DNA of 60,127 nt, the filler included, from Platydemus manokwari (lineage: Eukaryota), in NCBI GenBank assembly GCA_037951405.1. It is 5 parts of 5 records of this genome, joined end to end, with 100 filler letters (N's around TTAATTAATTAA, not from the genome) between each part and the next. Parts side by side here need not be neighbours in the genome. Positions count along the whole stretch, not along the records: positions 9,011 to 21,231 come from JBBMOY010240005.1; positions 21,332 to 30,883 come from JBBMOY011233654.1; 3 more parts are not named here. The stretch is one strand, 5' to 3'. The position numbers and the translations under genes were made by a program. Below, piece after piece: positions 12,110 to 25,139 of the stretch. The notes beneath the pieces are model-generated. The model ran no database searches and was not told the DNA's origin. It saw only the letters and a list, made by a program, of their open reading frames with translations. Position 1 is the first letter of the stretch; every line of letters begins with the position of its first letter.

Positions 12110-14859
12110 ACAGGGAATTGTAATGAAAATATCATTGTTATAAAAATAAATATTTTCTTCTGTAAAAAGTTTTTCATTATGTAAGGATCTTATTAATTAA
12201 CCATATAGATAGGTTTTTGCTATAATTTAGAATCCTTTATCAATCGACAATAATGAGATTCTTAATTAAATATTCTTCATTGAAAAATAATTGAATTCCG
12301 ATGGAGAAATATCCGCTTCAGAATCTGTCAACAATAATGTTTTGGAGTATATTTTTGTTGTCGCTGATTCGAATAAAATTTCAGAGATAATTATTTAATA
12401 ATTATCTATGGTGGAATGATTTTATTTATCTGTTCTGCAATAATCATGTGCAATTTTTTGCAGATTTCTGTTCAAATATTCTTCAATGAATCCATCGATT
12501 CTCAGTGATATCATTTTCTGATTATTGTATCAGGTTCAATTGAAAATGGTAATTGAACCTTTTTTTCTACAATTCTCTACAATATTTACATTGGTTTTAA
12601 ATTTCTTTCTTGTTTTAATGTGAATTTGTTTGGAATCATATTGAAACATTGGGGGATTTGTAAAACCATAGATTATGAGATATTTGTAATCAAACAATTC
12701 TGCATTAAATAAATCAGAAAATAAACATTTAATATATAGATATAATAGCTCCATTTATCAATTAGTTTTTTTACATTTATTTATCAATTTAATTTCCTTC
12801 AAAAGATCAAGTTTTTTTAAATAAAATATATTTTTCAGTCAAAGTACTAATTTTGTAGACATTTAAAGAGATCATTGAAATGTAACATTTCGGGGTAAGT
12901 GCTTTTATTTCTTTAATGATTTTTATTTGATCAAAATCTACTTAATCAGTTCTCAGAGTCTGTCTTGACCTATGTATTTTGATAATATTTCGCCTCAACT
13001 TTTGTGAAGATTAATATAACGGCGTAGAAATTGATTTAATTAACTTTAACCTTATTATTGTCGAGAGCTAAGTGAATATCAAAACTAATTTTTAACTCCT
13101 AAATATGCATTGAAATTAAATGTGACAAATTTAATACTTTTATACAATCATAATTTTTAAGCTACTTATATACACATAAACGATGGATTTAATATACAAT
13201 TCAAGAAAGCAAGATGTGGACCCTTCGTAACTATTGGGTAAGTGCCCGTTTTAAGAGGGTTTCCGAGCTCGGTTCGATAAATAGAAAACATATGCGATAT
13301 AAATATTAATATGTGACTTTAAATGAATTATCTTATTGCTTGTTCTTCCAGTAGAAAATACTGGCCATATCCTAGTTCTGGTCCTGACATGAATGATCTT
13401 GGATGTTACGTTTTGGTTCTTCTTATGTAATTATTGTGCAGTGCCTAATATGGGAAGCTATGAGTCATTCACAGATATTCTTTGTGAAATTCATTTAATG
13501 CAGTGCATATAGGTTTAATGCTCTAGAATTTATCGTGGCAGACAAAAACTCTCTGCAATTAAATGCACGGTAATTTATTTTATTTAATGCATGGATATTA
13601 ATTTATTCTAGCTGGATGTTTTATTCGCTGTGTCCGATAACTTATTCTGCCTGATTATTTCATGAATAGATTCACTATCTGTGTTGTTTTAATGAGTGAA
13701 TTTATTACAAGGTAATTTTAATGATTTTAATTTTATTATATAAATGCCGGGTTTCTTATTAATTATGGGGATTATTAATTGGGGTTCAAATTATATATTA
13801 TATTCCTGTTGATCACAAAATCTGAATTCTCATAAAAATGTTTTACATTAAAATTTCATGCAATAATAAACATTATACAATAATACATGCTATTATTAAA
13901 AAATTATCAAAAGTCCTAAAACCCATCGAAAAGGAAAAAGGATCACTAACAAGGAAAAAGACTTTTTGGAAATATTATGAAATAAATTTTATTAATAATG
14001 ATATTAGTATCAATGGTTTCGGGAGATTTCATTTGTGAAAACCGATTATTGGCAACTTGGAACAGGATCGACAAATTCCAGTGAACTCAAATCAGAACAT
14101 CAAATTAAAGTTGAGCACAAACAGTACACGCAAGCTTCTGGAAATATATTTTGTAACAAATGTGGCTTATTATCAGTTTAAACCAATTTAAGAGCATTTG
14201 TTTTTCTGTTATATGAGTGGTGAATAGCGTTATTTGGAGTGAATAAGCGTCACAGCCTCAGTTTCAATTTTCATTCGATTTAACTAATTCTTATCATTAT
14301 CAAATATTATTGATGTCTCACGAAAAACAATATTTTTTAAAACGAAAAGATTTTAAATCGCTCAAATTCATTCATTCATAAGAAGTCTAGATATACAATA
14401 TACAAGTTAGGTTTCTATCTTGATACTGATGTTCGCTTTAGCACATACCAGTGAACAATAGACTGATTATTAAATTTGGAAATCTCAATTTTTCGAATAC
14501 ATTCACAATGAAATACAATCGAGCAGAAATTATTCATTTTAGATAATAAATTTCTTTTTTAACTTTCTAAAAATATAATAAGATTACTGATGCTCAATAT
14601 CGATGGAAACTCGCGAAATCAATTTCAATTTCCATTAATCCTGAAATAACTTTGACTCTATATGAATTTTAATGGCATTTCCAATAGAACTAGATATTGA
14701 ATTGAAAAAATAGCACCTGTGTATTAATAATCGTGGTAATTACATTTTCATAGCTTTGCATATTTTTAACTGTCATTTACGTACATAATTGTAAAATATT
14801 AATTTGCCTTTTATTGTATTGATAGTAAGCCACTACTATTTTATAAAGCACGCATCGAA

Positions 14860-15230
14860 AACGAACTAAAAAGACACGACAATAAAAATGTATTCAAATA
14901 CAATAATCCAAACAAATGAATATCATTTCATAGAAAATTAAATTTTATACAGAATCAAATCTTTAACGATTTATATCAATTTTAATATTCGAACATCCCC
15001 CTTTCTTTAAAATCTTTGATTTTCTTTTTAGTCTTAAATGATATTGTATCGAATACTCTACATATTTATCTAAGTACAAATATCTAATTCTCCTACTTTC
15101 TTTAAAAGAAGAAAAAGACACGAAAATAAATAATATATTCAAATACAATTATCTAAACAACTTAATATATTTTTATATAAAATTAAATTTCAAACAAAAT
15201 TAAATTTTATATAAAATCAAATTTTTAAAG
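14860..15230. repeat. Imperfect ~100-nt direct repeat (14868-14963 and 15112-15210) around a polypurine-tract/LTR-start-like segment that recurs near 50480-50530
   Basis: aaaaagacacga.aataaa...tattcaaatacaat.atc.aaacaa occurs twice; acatc..cctttctttaaaatctttgattttct at ~14993 and ~50488 reads on the minus strand as a purine tract followed by TGT. Confidence 0.55.
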
Positions 15231-15889
15231 TTTAATTCAATTTTAAAAATTTCATAAAAATCTTTCAGATTAAAAATATAAAGAAATATAATGTAAATAA
15301 ACAAATGATAAAGGAAATTAATGAAGAACAGATTTCAAACAAATGAAAATAAACACTGCCTCAGTCATTAAAACTCACAATATTGAATAAAAAAGGTACA
15401 AACAAAACAAATAAATACAAAATTTCTATTATTTAGCCTACCTCACTGATCATTTTCGTGACAAACGCAAAAGATGTCACCAAATAATAACTTGAAATTG
15501 GTTATATTTAAAAAGATAAACCGCATTGAATAAGTAGAAACTATACATAATTTGTATTTTTCTAGAAAAAATCGATACATAATAGCAAAAAACTTTCATT
15601 CAATACACGTGTGGATTAACATACCGTTGTAAAATGATTAATTGTTCTGAGATGAATCTAGACCTTTAGATCAATTAGCCAATATTCCAGTGACTACCAA
15701 CATTTTATCCCTTTCCAGTATTGTACTGTTGAGCAGAGGCAAAATAGAAAAACGATTTTGCAACTTCGAATCCATATTTTACGATTTTAGGCATATGAGT
15801 GTCTTCACAACCACACAAGCATTGTAAATATCCAATCACAACTGAATTTAATTTGAAAATTTTAATTCGAATAATGGACATAACCATTT

Positions 15890-16080
15890 AGTGAGTACAC
15901 ACATACTGATTGACCAATACAATCAATAAATTCATTTGAAACATGAAAAATAAAAGACCAAATCAAAACGTGGTGCAAAAATTACACACGAATCTCAAGA
16001 ACAAATGTTGATGTAAAGATTCAGAACTCCCCACGGGATGCCAAGTGTTATGTGATTGTCTTATGTCGATTTATGAAGTT
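15890..16080 (+). repeat. Dispersed repeat, second copy at ~41505-41700; probable LTR-retrotransposon 3' region
   Basis: Shared blocks acacacata..attgaccaat, aatcaataaattca.ttgaaac, caaaaatt.cacac.aatctcaag, tgatgtaaagat, gatttatg in the same order. Confidence 0.65.
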
Positions 16081-16299
16081 TAATGTGAGTTTTAGTGATA
16101 TTCAAGTTTGTATTGTTGGGATGACAATTAACAATTAAACCTGAAAATTATATTACCTAAAATATTGCAATGTCAATCGCAATAAATACAATTAAACCTC
16201 TTTTCAAGTCAACGATAGCCTATCACACAAGATGGGATAAGCACTCAAAAGTCAAAGACAGAACAGAAAACAACCAAAAAGACTGGCTACTGAAAATCA

Positions 16300-16520
16300 C
16301 ACAAAGTTAAGAATAATTCACAAGTTACCGACCAAACAAGACTGGCAGTTACTCAATCTCTTTTAGAAACAAATCTCTTTTATAGACCCATTGAATGTGT
16401 ATGCTTGATGTCACGGATTACGGTTTTTCTTTTGCTGAATTCGTTGGCAGATCGGTCTGCTTGTGATTTTCCTCCTATTTATTATACTATTGGCAGATAT
16501 TTGAGTTTGCTACCATATAG
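16300..16520 (+). repeat. Dispersed repeat, second copy at ~51075-51290
   Basis: Shared blocks aagtt.agaataat.cacaagt.accgac.aaacaaga.tggcagttactca, tctcttttatagacc.attg, tgcttgatg.cacgg, attggcagatatttgagttt.ct.ccat. Confidence 0.8.
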
Positions 16521-19500
16521 GTTATTGAGAAAATTAAAATCAATTCCTAAAATAACTAAAAATCCATTAAATCAAGTGGAGCTAACAGTAGGTGAAGCAC
16601 TGATCATGACAGGGGCGTATCATGATTCGATTGTGTTTTGACTTTCTTATTCCATTTCATATGGATCTAGTGAATGATACAAAAGTGTATTTTCAGAGTA
16701 GAGTAAATTCAATAAACAGAAAGTTCGTTTTTCCAAGACTTAATATTCAATTATTTGAAGCCTTGTTTAAATGGAGTATTGGACGAAATATTTCGTTATA
16801 TCGGTACTGGAAATAAATCTAAATGATTGTTGTTTCTGTATGAATAAAGTAAAGCTCTTAGGCCAAACATTAAATATAAACGAATAGTTATTTGCAAAAT
16901 CCAAGATTGTAACTTGAACATCAAAATGTTTATTTTGAATTTTTCGTTACACTAAGTCTATACAAGATATCTCTGTAAATAATATTCGCTTCTTGTATTA
17001 AATAATTCGACTATTTGTATTCACTATGATGCCCAGTTGATTAAATGCCAGATATTCTCTCATTCAAATTGCCATATTTTATTTTTCGATTTTGTCATTT
17101 TTATATTTATTTTATTCGATATTTTATGATGGCTTTGATATCTATTCATATTTAATCGACATGGATTTGGATTTATCTATTGGAATTATATTCGGATAGG
17201 GTTATTGGTTTTCTTAAAAATATTTAATAAAACAATCAATATTCTAATAATTAAACAAGTGGATTTCGATTGAAGAATCATAACTTAATTAGATAGCTTA
17301 TAACAACCCAATTGAATGCACTTGATAAGTAATGCTCAACGAAAGTACGTGTTTATTAAAATTTCATTTCCTTCATGTTATTGAGAAACATTCTTCAAAT
17401 CAGTATGTCAACTTAGGTTCATGAATTCATGATAGAATTTGCTCTTCCTTACGTTTTTGATGAAAATATTTCCTTGAACATGGTTTAAATTTTTCGATTG
17501 ATTTGATTGGTTAATATTTCAAAATAATACTTTATTTAAACAAAATTATGAAATAATTGTTCAATTTTGTTATATTCTTAGTCCGTAATATATTTTTATC
17601 CTACTTATTATAATTTGCCATTTTTTCTCTTCAATATGAAATATAAATGAGATAATCAATTTGCTTTTTTTCCAATTTTGTTTCGATACAATCACTAATA
17701 ACTTTACCCATTGATTAAGAAAACCATCAATAGAAACAATAAATAATTGTTTCAGAAGGAATTAATTAATTTTTAAGAAAAAATTTTGTTCCACTTAAAA
17801 CTATATATTCACAATGATTCTCAAAAATCGTAAAATTTTGCGATGAATAAAATCTATTTTTAGTAATTTATTTCAATTCCTGTTTTACCAAACTCCCACC
17901 ATCGTATAAACATTAGTCAGAGTATGATGATCATCATGTTTATGATGGTGAAAATTTAAGATGGTTTTTAAACCAATATCAACATTCAGCTAATATTTCT
18001 CACTGGACAGATGATGAACTTAATTATTCCATGATATTCCAGTTGACAAATCAAAGATTATTAGGCGATAATACAATTTTTTCCAAAAGAGTAAAATCAA
18101 TATATTTGTATGTTTCATGATAAAAATATCTGTAAGATTTTATTAACTATGTGTCGATTCAAACAAAAAATCATAAAACATTAATTTAGAGATTTATTAG
18201 CGAGTGAGTCCAAATTTAAATAAATAAAAATACTAAGTGGCGACAGAAATAAAACTTGGGATTTACCATATAATTGATATCCGAAATGATGAAATAAATT
18301 TAGCTCAGTTTTTACAATTTTGACTTCTTAATAATCTGATTGAATGTCAAAATTCAATTTATCGAGCTTTAGTTAAGATAGGGGGTCTTACATTAAAAAT
18401 TTTAAATTGTCGGGTATATTAAAAATAAATGTTTACCTTATTAACTGTGTTCAATAAAATATTTCGAATTTTTATTAAGGTGTTTAAGAAAAATTTTATT
18501 TATTTGAAATCTAACATTAAATAAGCTTGATCTTTAAAATCTCCTAAAACTCATTGTGGGTAAAATTGCAATTTATATCAAGTTAGCGAGAATACCTTTT
18601 TAATATTAGAAGAAAATTGAGAGATACTCTAAACAAGTGCTATGAGATTATTAAACTTCTTAGGTGTTAATTAAACTGACTTATAATTCAAAAAAATTAA
18701 TTTACAGAATCAAAAAATTATGTGGAAATGTTTCGGTTTAACGGGCCTGTTTATCTAAAATGAGCTATCAACTGATTTCCATGAATAAATCAAACATCAC
18801 AAAATAGTAAAAAAAAATGTCATAAAACTAAAAGTTAATATTAACATAAATTTATTATTGTAAAAAATTTAATGATATCATGATTTCTTCTTGTTTTCAT
18901 TTCAAAATCAAAATATGACAATCGTAGAGGTAAAAATAACAAGATAAAAATAAAATTAACATTTAAAGTAAGGCCAGATAAAATTATTTATCAGCATTAT
19001 TGGAAGTCTTAAAGATTCCTCTGTGACTTTGGTTATAAATTTCGCTACTACTACTATATGAATCCTAATAATTATGAGACTTAAAGCTATAATTGTGAGG
19101 AAGATTTAAATGAACCAATTCAATAGTAATTTAATAATAATTTAATTTAAAAAATTAAATAAATAATTTTAATGACTAAATAATAATTTTAAAAAATTAA
19201 AAAATTTTATTAAAAAATATTTTTGTGCTATGTATCATATTTTTATTCGATATTCGTTTTTCTATGTTCCTATTGAGTTTTTAAGTTTTTACATGAGTGG
19301 GAACGGTCAATCCCTATGTGTGTGTTCTTGTGTAGCTATGGTTCTTTTTCCAATTGTAGCTCAGCATCTAATTTCATTATGATTGGCTGATTGCTATTTT
19401 TGTATGGTTGTGTAGGCATGCACATGTTTAAAGTGCCAAAACAAAGGTTCCAATGTGTAAATCCGTTTTTCATTGTACAGAATTTCATCTCACTCAACGC

Positions 19501-21231
19501 TATTAATAAATAAGTTACAAAAATCGTATAAATGAATTCTTCCATTGAATCTTCAATTTTAAATGAAATAGTTACTACTAACAATAGTAATTAATTAAAT
19601 CGAAGAAAAACATACATAAAATTTAATTGCAAAATTTTCACAGACGCTAAATTCATTACTACTCCTTTTCCAACTTAAGCCCGATTTCGATTATATTTGA
19701 AATTTATCACAAAACGAAGTGATTATGGACTTAACAATTAGTCTTTTGCGTGCTCACTTCTCTTAAGATTATAAACCAATCAAAATTCTGATATAGTATA
19801 TTTGATATTTATTTATGTATTTTTATTTCCAAATATTTATTTACTGATAATCTGCTGAATTACAAAATGAAAACAAAATATTTTAAATCAAATATTAAAT
19901 TATTAATGTCAGCATTTAATTGCGAATTTAATCGATTCAAACAAAACATTTATATTATTCAATGAAGTATAAAATTGGCTTTATAATCCATTTGAAATTT
20001 GTAAGACACATTGATCTAGTCAGTGGCAAATCGGGATTTTATAATTACAAACTGCAATTCCTAAAACGAAATTGGAAAACGATTTTTTGTTTCTGTGGTA
20101 ACAGATTTGTTTTAATTTCTGTTATATTGGTTCTAATTCATAGCTTATATTCGGTTATAAAATATTATCTGAAAACTTGTTTTGGTTGTCTATTTGGTAT
20201 ATGAATCATGGATTATAGTTGAATTTGATTTGGTCATAATTTTGATAATGTTTATCGTTACAAATTGATGAGTTTTGTGAAAATATATCCCATGTTATTA
20301 TCACGGTTTTTTTTATTTTCCTAAAAGAATAGATAAATAAGGGCTACTCGTATTGACTTTTAACGATTACAATAAGCAATTATCGAAATTATTCGAAGAA
20401 TTCTGGCTGACTATATTTGATATTGAATTTTCGAATTTTGGTTATACCTCGATATTTATTGATGGCCCATTATCGAATAGAATTGAGAATAAAAATTAAA
20501 ATATTAGTAATTCGAGATGAAATATCGATTAATAATTTTAAAACTTCATTCGAACCAATTAGTTAATCGCAAATGTAAATCGATATCAGTGATGAGAATG
20601 AAATTCAATTTATTACGATAAAAAGAAAGATTTAATTAATAATTTTCAAAAGTTAAATGTAATAAAACATGTTTTATGCTACTTCTGTGATTTAGCGCCA
20701 TTTTATGAGCAGTAAAATATTTCCTGACCTCGATAGTTGTTTGTTGATGGATTTGAAAAATTGTTATGCAATATGTTTCGGTTCGACAGACGATAATGAA
20801 AATTAATTCTTTCTGGTTTGGAAATATCTTTTCTGTGATTGCCCAATTTAGTTGTTGAGATATCTGTTGTGGCGGAACTTGATATTAGATCAGTCGAAAT
20901 TACAATTTATCTTTATTATATTTTTGTCATAATTATTAAATAAAATGGTCATTATAATTTGGCATTGCCTAGTATATGAGCGTATTAGTAAACAAAATAA
21001 ATAAAAGTATAAATTTTAATAACAATATTAACGACAATGGGCAAAGTATAATATTATAATCAATCAGTTATATTAAGAATATTACTCCTGTAGAACTATA
21101 CTGACAAAGATTATTTTTCGTAGATAATGTTGATCAATAGAATCTTTCTAAAATAATTTTTAAAATTTGATTTGATGAAATGAAATATTTAGTTTTCAAT
21201 TTAATCACAAATCTTACCAGTATCGATAACA

Positions 21232-21331
21232 NNNNNNNNNNNNNNNNNNNNNNNNNNNNNNNNNNNNNNNNNNNNTTAATTAATTAANNNNNNNNNNNNN
21301 NNNNNNNNNNNNNNNNNNNNNNNNNNNNNNN
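21232..21331. other. Assembly gap with TTAATTAATTAA linker
   Basis: Directly visible. Confidence 0.98.
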
Positions 21332-21655
21332 GTCATTTTTTATAAATTTAATTTATTAATTTAACAAATTTGGCCTAGTAAATCAATAAAATAATTTAAT
21401 AAATGGCGGTCTCATTTAATCACTTTAATATAGATAATTAATTAATTATTTTAGAAATTAATAAAGTTAATTAATAAATATTTAATTAAATTAACGAAAT
21501 AAATGCGAAAAAATAACGAAAACTCTTTTAAAATTTTGATTTAAAATAATTAATTAATAATAATTTTTCCTAATTAATAATTAAATCAAATATTTATTAA
21601 ATTAAATCATTGGTATTAATAATGGCCAACGTCATTATCACTATGTAAAACCGAC

Positions 21656-22235
21656 CTGTTGAATTACCCATGGCATGCTGAGTAAAGATGTGCCCATCAT
21701 TGTGTTCCAAATAACAAATCTGAAATGATTTTATCATTATCAAATTGATGTCAACAACATCGACAATGTTTACATGGTGACAACACTTGATTGAGTATTT
21801 CGTTGGTTTTTTTCATTATTTAATATTGTTGGAAAATTTGGTAGAGCAATACGACCTGGTAAAGTGAACCCGAGTCGTGAATAATAACGATGTCGGGACA
21901 GGAGAGATTGTGGCAAAATGATCTTTTAGAATGGAAATAAAAACAGAAATAGCTTACAATAAATTCATAGTTACTGTATTGCCAAATTCTGATGAAATAT
22001 CTCCAATTGGATAATATGATGTCGGAACTCTATTTTAAATGAACTTAATTTCGTGGTATCAATTATGAATGTATTAAATAACTTATTAATAGAAGCAAAG
22101 TCGTTTTCTTCATTTTCTATCTCAATAATATTGGTTCCATATTGACTAAATAAAATTTAGAAAATTTTCTTTATAATAATACCTGGTTGTAGCTGATTTT
22201 ATAAGAGCTGTTCGCTCATGAACAGTATCTGCCAT
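21656..22235 (-). CDS. SLC38A9: Lysosomal amino-acid transporter/sensor SLC38A9, 5' part only; exons 22235-22183, 22145-22083, 22029-21975, 21922-21774, 21719-21656
   Basis: Splicing four GT-AG introns (37, 53, 52, 54 nt) gives an uninterrupted MADTVHERTALIKSATTSQYGTNIIEIENEENDFASINKVPTSYYPIGDISSEFGNTIILPQSLLSRHRYYSRLGFTLPGRIALPNFPTILNNEKNQRNTQSSVVTIFVIWNTMMGTSLLSMPWVIQQ. YYSRL and VTIFxIWNTMMGTSxLSxPW are SLC38A9 signatures. Absent from the ORF track. The next intron runs toward the gap. Confidence 0.9.
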
Positions 22236-22289
22236 TCTATAATAAAACTATCGCTGATTAAAATTGAATAAAATAGACCATTATAACAA

Positions 22290-23749
22290 AGCAAGAGTAA
22301 AATTTTTATTTGATTTGACTGTTTTGAGGCTATGTAAATATCATTATAAATGTATCTAATGTTGTTAAATTTCTTTGAAAAATAATTAATCAGACAATAA
22401 ATTAATTTTTGAAAACAAAGTTATTTTTCAATAGAAACATTAGTCTAATTTACGTCTTACCTAATTGTTTAAATAATGGTGTTAAATTTAATTAACATTA
22501 TAATTTATTAGTAAATATCTTATTTCCAATTTTAAGCATAATTAATATAAAAATTTAAGTAGTTTGTATAAGATTTACAACTACTCGTCAACATCTCCAA
22601 CAAGTACCACTGCAAATAGCGTTTTAAGATCCAGTGGTTTATCACTAAGTTTAGAATATGTCAAAAATTCATAGAACGTACAATTTACCTGATAAAATTA
22701 AATTAATGTAATTAATTAAAAATATTTAAGTAAATTGAAACAATTAATGTCATCAATCAAATTCTTTTGGGTTTATCTGTTCAATTTAATATTAAACCAT
22801 GCCTTTCAATTGTTTTATTATCGATAATGATGAACGATCTTCAAATTTCTAGGGTATGCTGAGGCATGTTAAGTATTCTGAGAGTTCTTCTCAAGTTAAT
22901 CAAATTTCATTGAGAAATAACTACATTTTCTCTGTATTAACAAAAATTTCAATAAAGACTTTTAATAGACTATTTTAATAGCAAACTTGATACCAGTTTG
23001 CTTTTCCTTTGTTTATTCATTTTATTTTTATTTACGAAATTTTCATGATGATCACATGCGGATAAGATTTTAAATTAGAATATCAGAATTATGAATATTA
23101 ATATGCACAGACAATGATGTTTTCTGCATAGTAATTGTTCTAAATAGAGAGTCTAGTAACCATAATTGAAAGATATTGTAGCAACATATACAAGTATATG
23201 TTCGAATGCATAAAGATTTGTTATATCAGATGGTAATTCAAATAAATTGTAGCAGTACTACTATTGGCTACATAAATATAAATTTCCAAAACAATTAAAT
23301 TTGCATATATTTTTCTAAAATTAATACACTTTTTGTGAATTTTGTAAAAGGACAATCATTAACGAAAGGCTTTGAAATTCGATGTCTTGATATTTGATGT
23401 CGGAAGAGTTACACGTTAACTTGATTTTGACTTCTTTTTTTCCTAATAATTAAAATAAATGATATCATTCTTTCAATTTTTTTCAAAACAGTACATACTC
23501 ACATAAGATTCATTGTGAATAATAAGGATTTTTGCTTCTTTACAAATAGATCATTTTACTGTAAGAATTGATGATAAATTCTATATCGCTAACCAATGGT
23601 TTATTCGTATCATTTCTATGAAATAATCGACAAATATCTGTGATAGAAGATGACTGCACGATAACATCATAAGATTGGTGGTATTGAAATGAAATGTGTG
23701 TGTGTGTTTGTGGAAATAACTGTGGCTGTGTATCATGGGAAAAATACAT
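22290..23749 (-). pseudogene. Possible decayed multi-exon gene of unknown family
   Basis: Blocks bounded by short GT..AG segments translate to protein-like stretches (KKEVKIKLTCNSSDIKYQDIEFQSLSLMIVLL; LFELPSDITNLYAFEHILVYVATISFNYG; LLKVFIEIFVNTEKM*LFLNEI*LT*EELSEYL) with stops and frameshifts that I could not splice away. Confidence 0.35.
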
Positions 23750-23824
23750 TTAAACCATATAAATGTTGATTAGATTCAATGGGTTTCTAAATTTGTAAAT
23801 ATATAGAAATATATAATAAAGATT

Positions 23825-24040
23825 ACATCATTATTAAGATTATTATTGTTGTTATAACTGCTATTCTGTATATTATAATCATTATTATCATAGTTATAAT
23901 TACTATTATTATTATTATTAGTATTATTACTATTATCATAATAATTATTACTATTATGATTATGATTATTACTACTATTATTATTACCATTATTATAACT
24001 ATTATTATTACTACTATTATAATTACTTTTATTATTATTG
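23825..24040. repeat. Degenerate (ATT/ACT/ATC)n trinucleotide microsatellite
   Basis: attattattactattat... over about 210 nt; accounts for the poly-Ile ORF 23823-24086. Confidence 0.95.
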
Positions 24041-25139
24041 AAAAATATGATCCTGTTTCACTACTATCGATAAATGATGCCGACAAATGACTACATTATT
24101 AAATATGGATGAATCCAGTAATTTCGTTGATATCTTCATTATTAGCTAGCAGTTAGAAACTGTTATTAAAAATACAATAGATAACACATTATTATCACAA
24201 ATTCTTTGATAATATTTTATTTTCGATTTATTGATGTCATGAGATAATCGATATTTCAATCACGAATCCTTTTCTAAAATTCTCTCGAATGCAAATTAGA
24301 TCGAGATCAATAGGGCTACTTAAACCACTTAAATATATGAGCCAAAAATTTAGAATTTGACTCGGCTAAATCTATTAATAGAGTATAGATAATATTCTCT
24401 TTCTCTCTATTTTTAATAAACTCTGACAACAATCTATGTGAAAACAAATCCGAAAGTTGAAATCTATTTTTCGAATCGGTTTCATTGGAGAAAAGCAGAA
24501 GTCGAAATATTGCATCATAAATCTATACAGCAATCATTAATTGAATGCCATACCAAACTAATACCAGGGAAATTTGCCTCCAGGTGGCAAACTATTACTG
24601 TTCATCACATATCAACAATATTCAATGTGACATTTTTCGGGAGAGAAAAAACTACATCTTTTTAAAAATAAATATTTACGGTATACAAATTTTTGTCGAC
24701 TATTTATGAGACGGGATTGTTGTAACGAAAATGATATGGTCAATAATATCAAATAATAATTTGCTGTTGTTGCAATATCGAAATCATATACAATTTCCAA
24801 ACTCCATCAAGTTAATAATAATGCTAACAACAATAGTAATATTTTTATTAATAATAATAATAATTTTTTTTAATATCAATAATAATTTCTGTGATATATT
24901 GCATCATCTAAGTGTGAATGGGAAAATAATTATAAAAAATACAAGTTATAAACCAGTGATGATATTTGAATAATTTTTCTCTCGAAAATTCTCAGACTTT
25001 ATTATCGATTTTTTAATTCCTCATATAATTCCAATTGACATTTTTTTTTCCAAAAATTCGAAAATAATCAACACATGTAATTTTAGAAATTCTTATCCAT
25101 CAAATATATTTATCAGTGCATTATGTTTTTTTCTGTAAT

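Noticed and set aside
22800-22975. In-frame TAG/TGA codons in protein-like text suggesting stop-codon reassignment
   Set aside because: LRRC47, p47, SLC38A9, NUP214 and TRPM exons contain no internal stops and the complete ends use TAA/TAG normally; decay explains it better.
23823-24086. Poly-isoleucine ORF
   Set aside because: Translation of an (AAT)n microsatellite.
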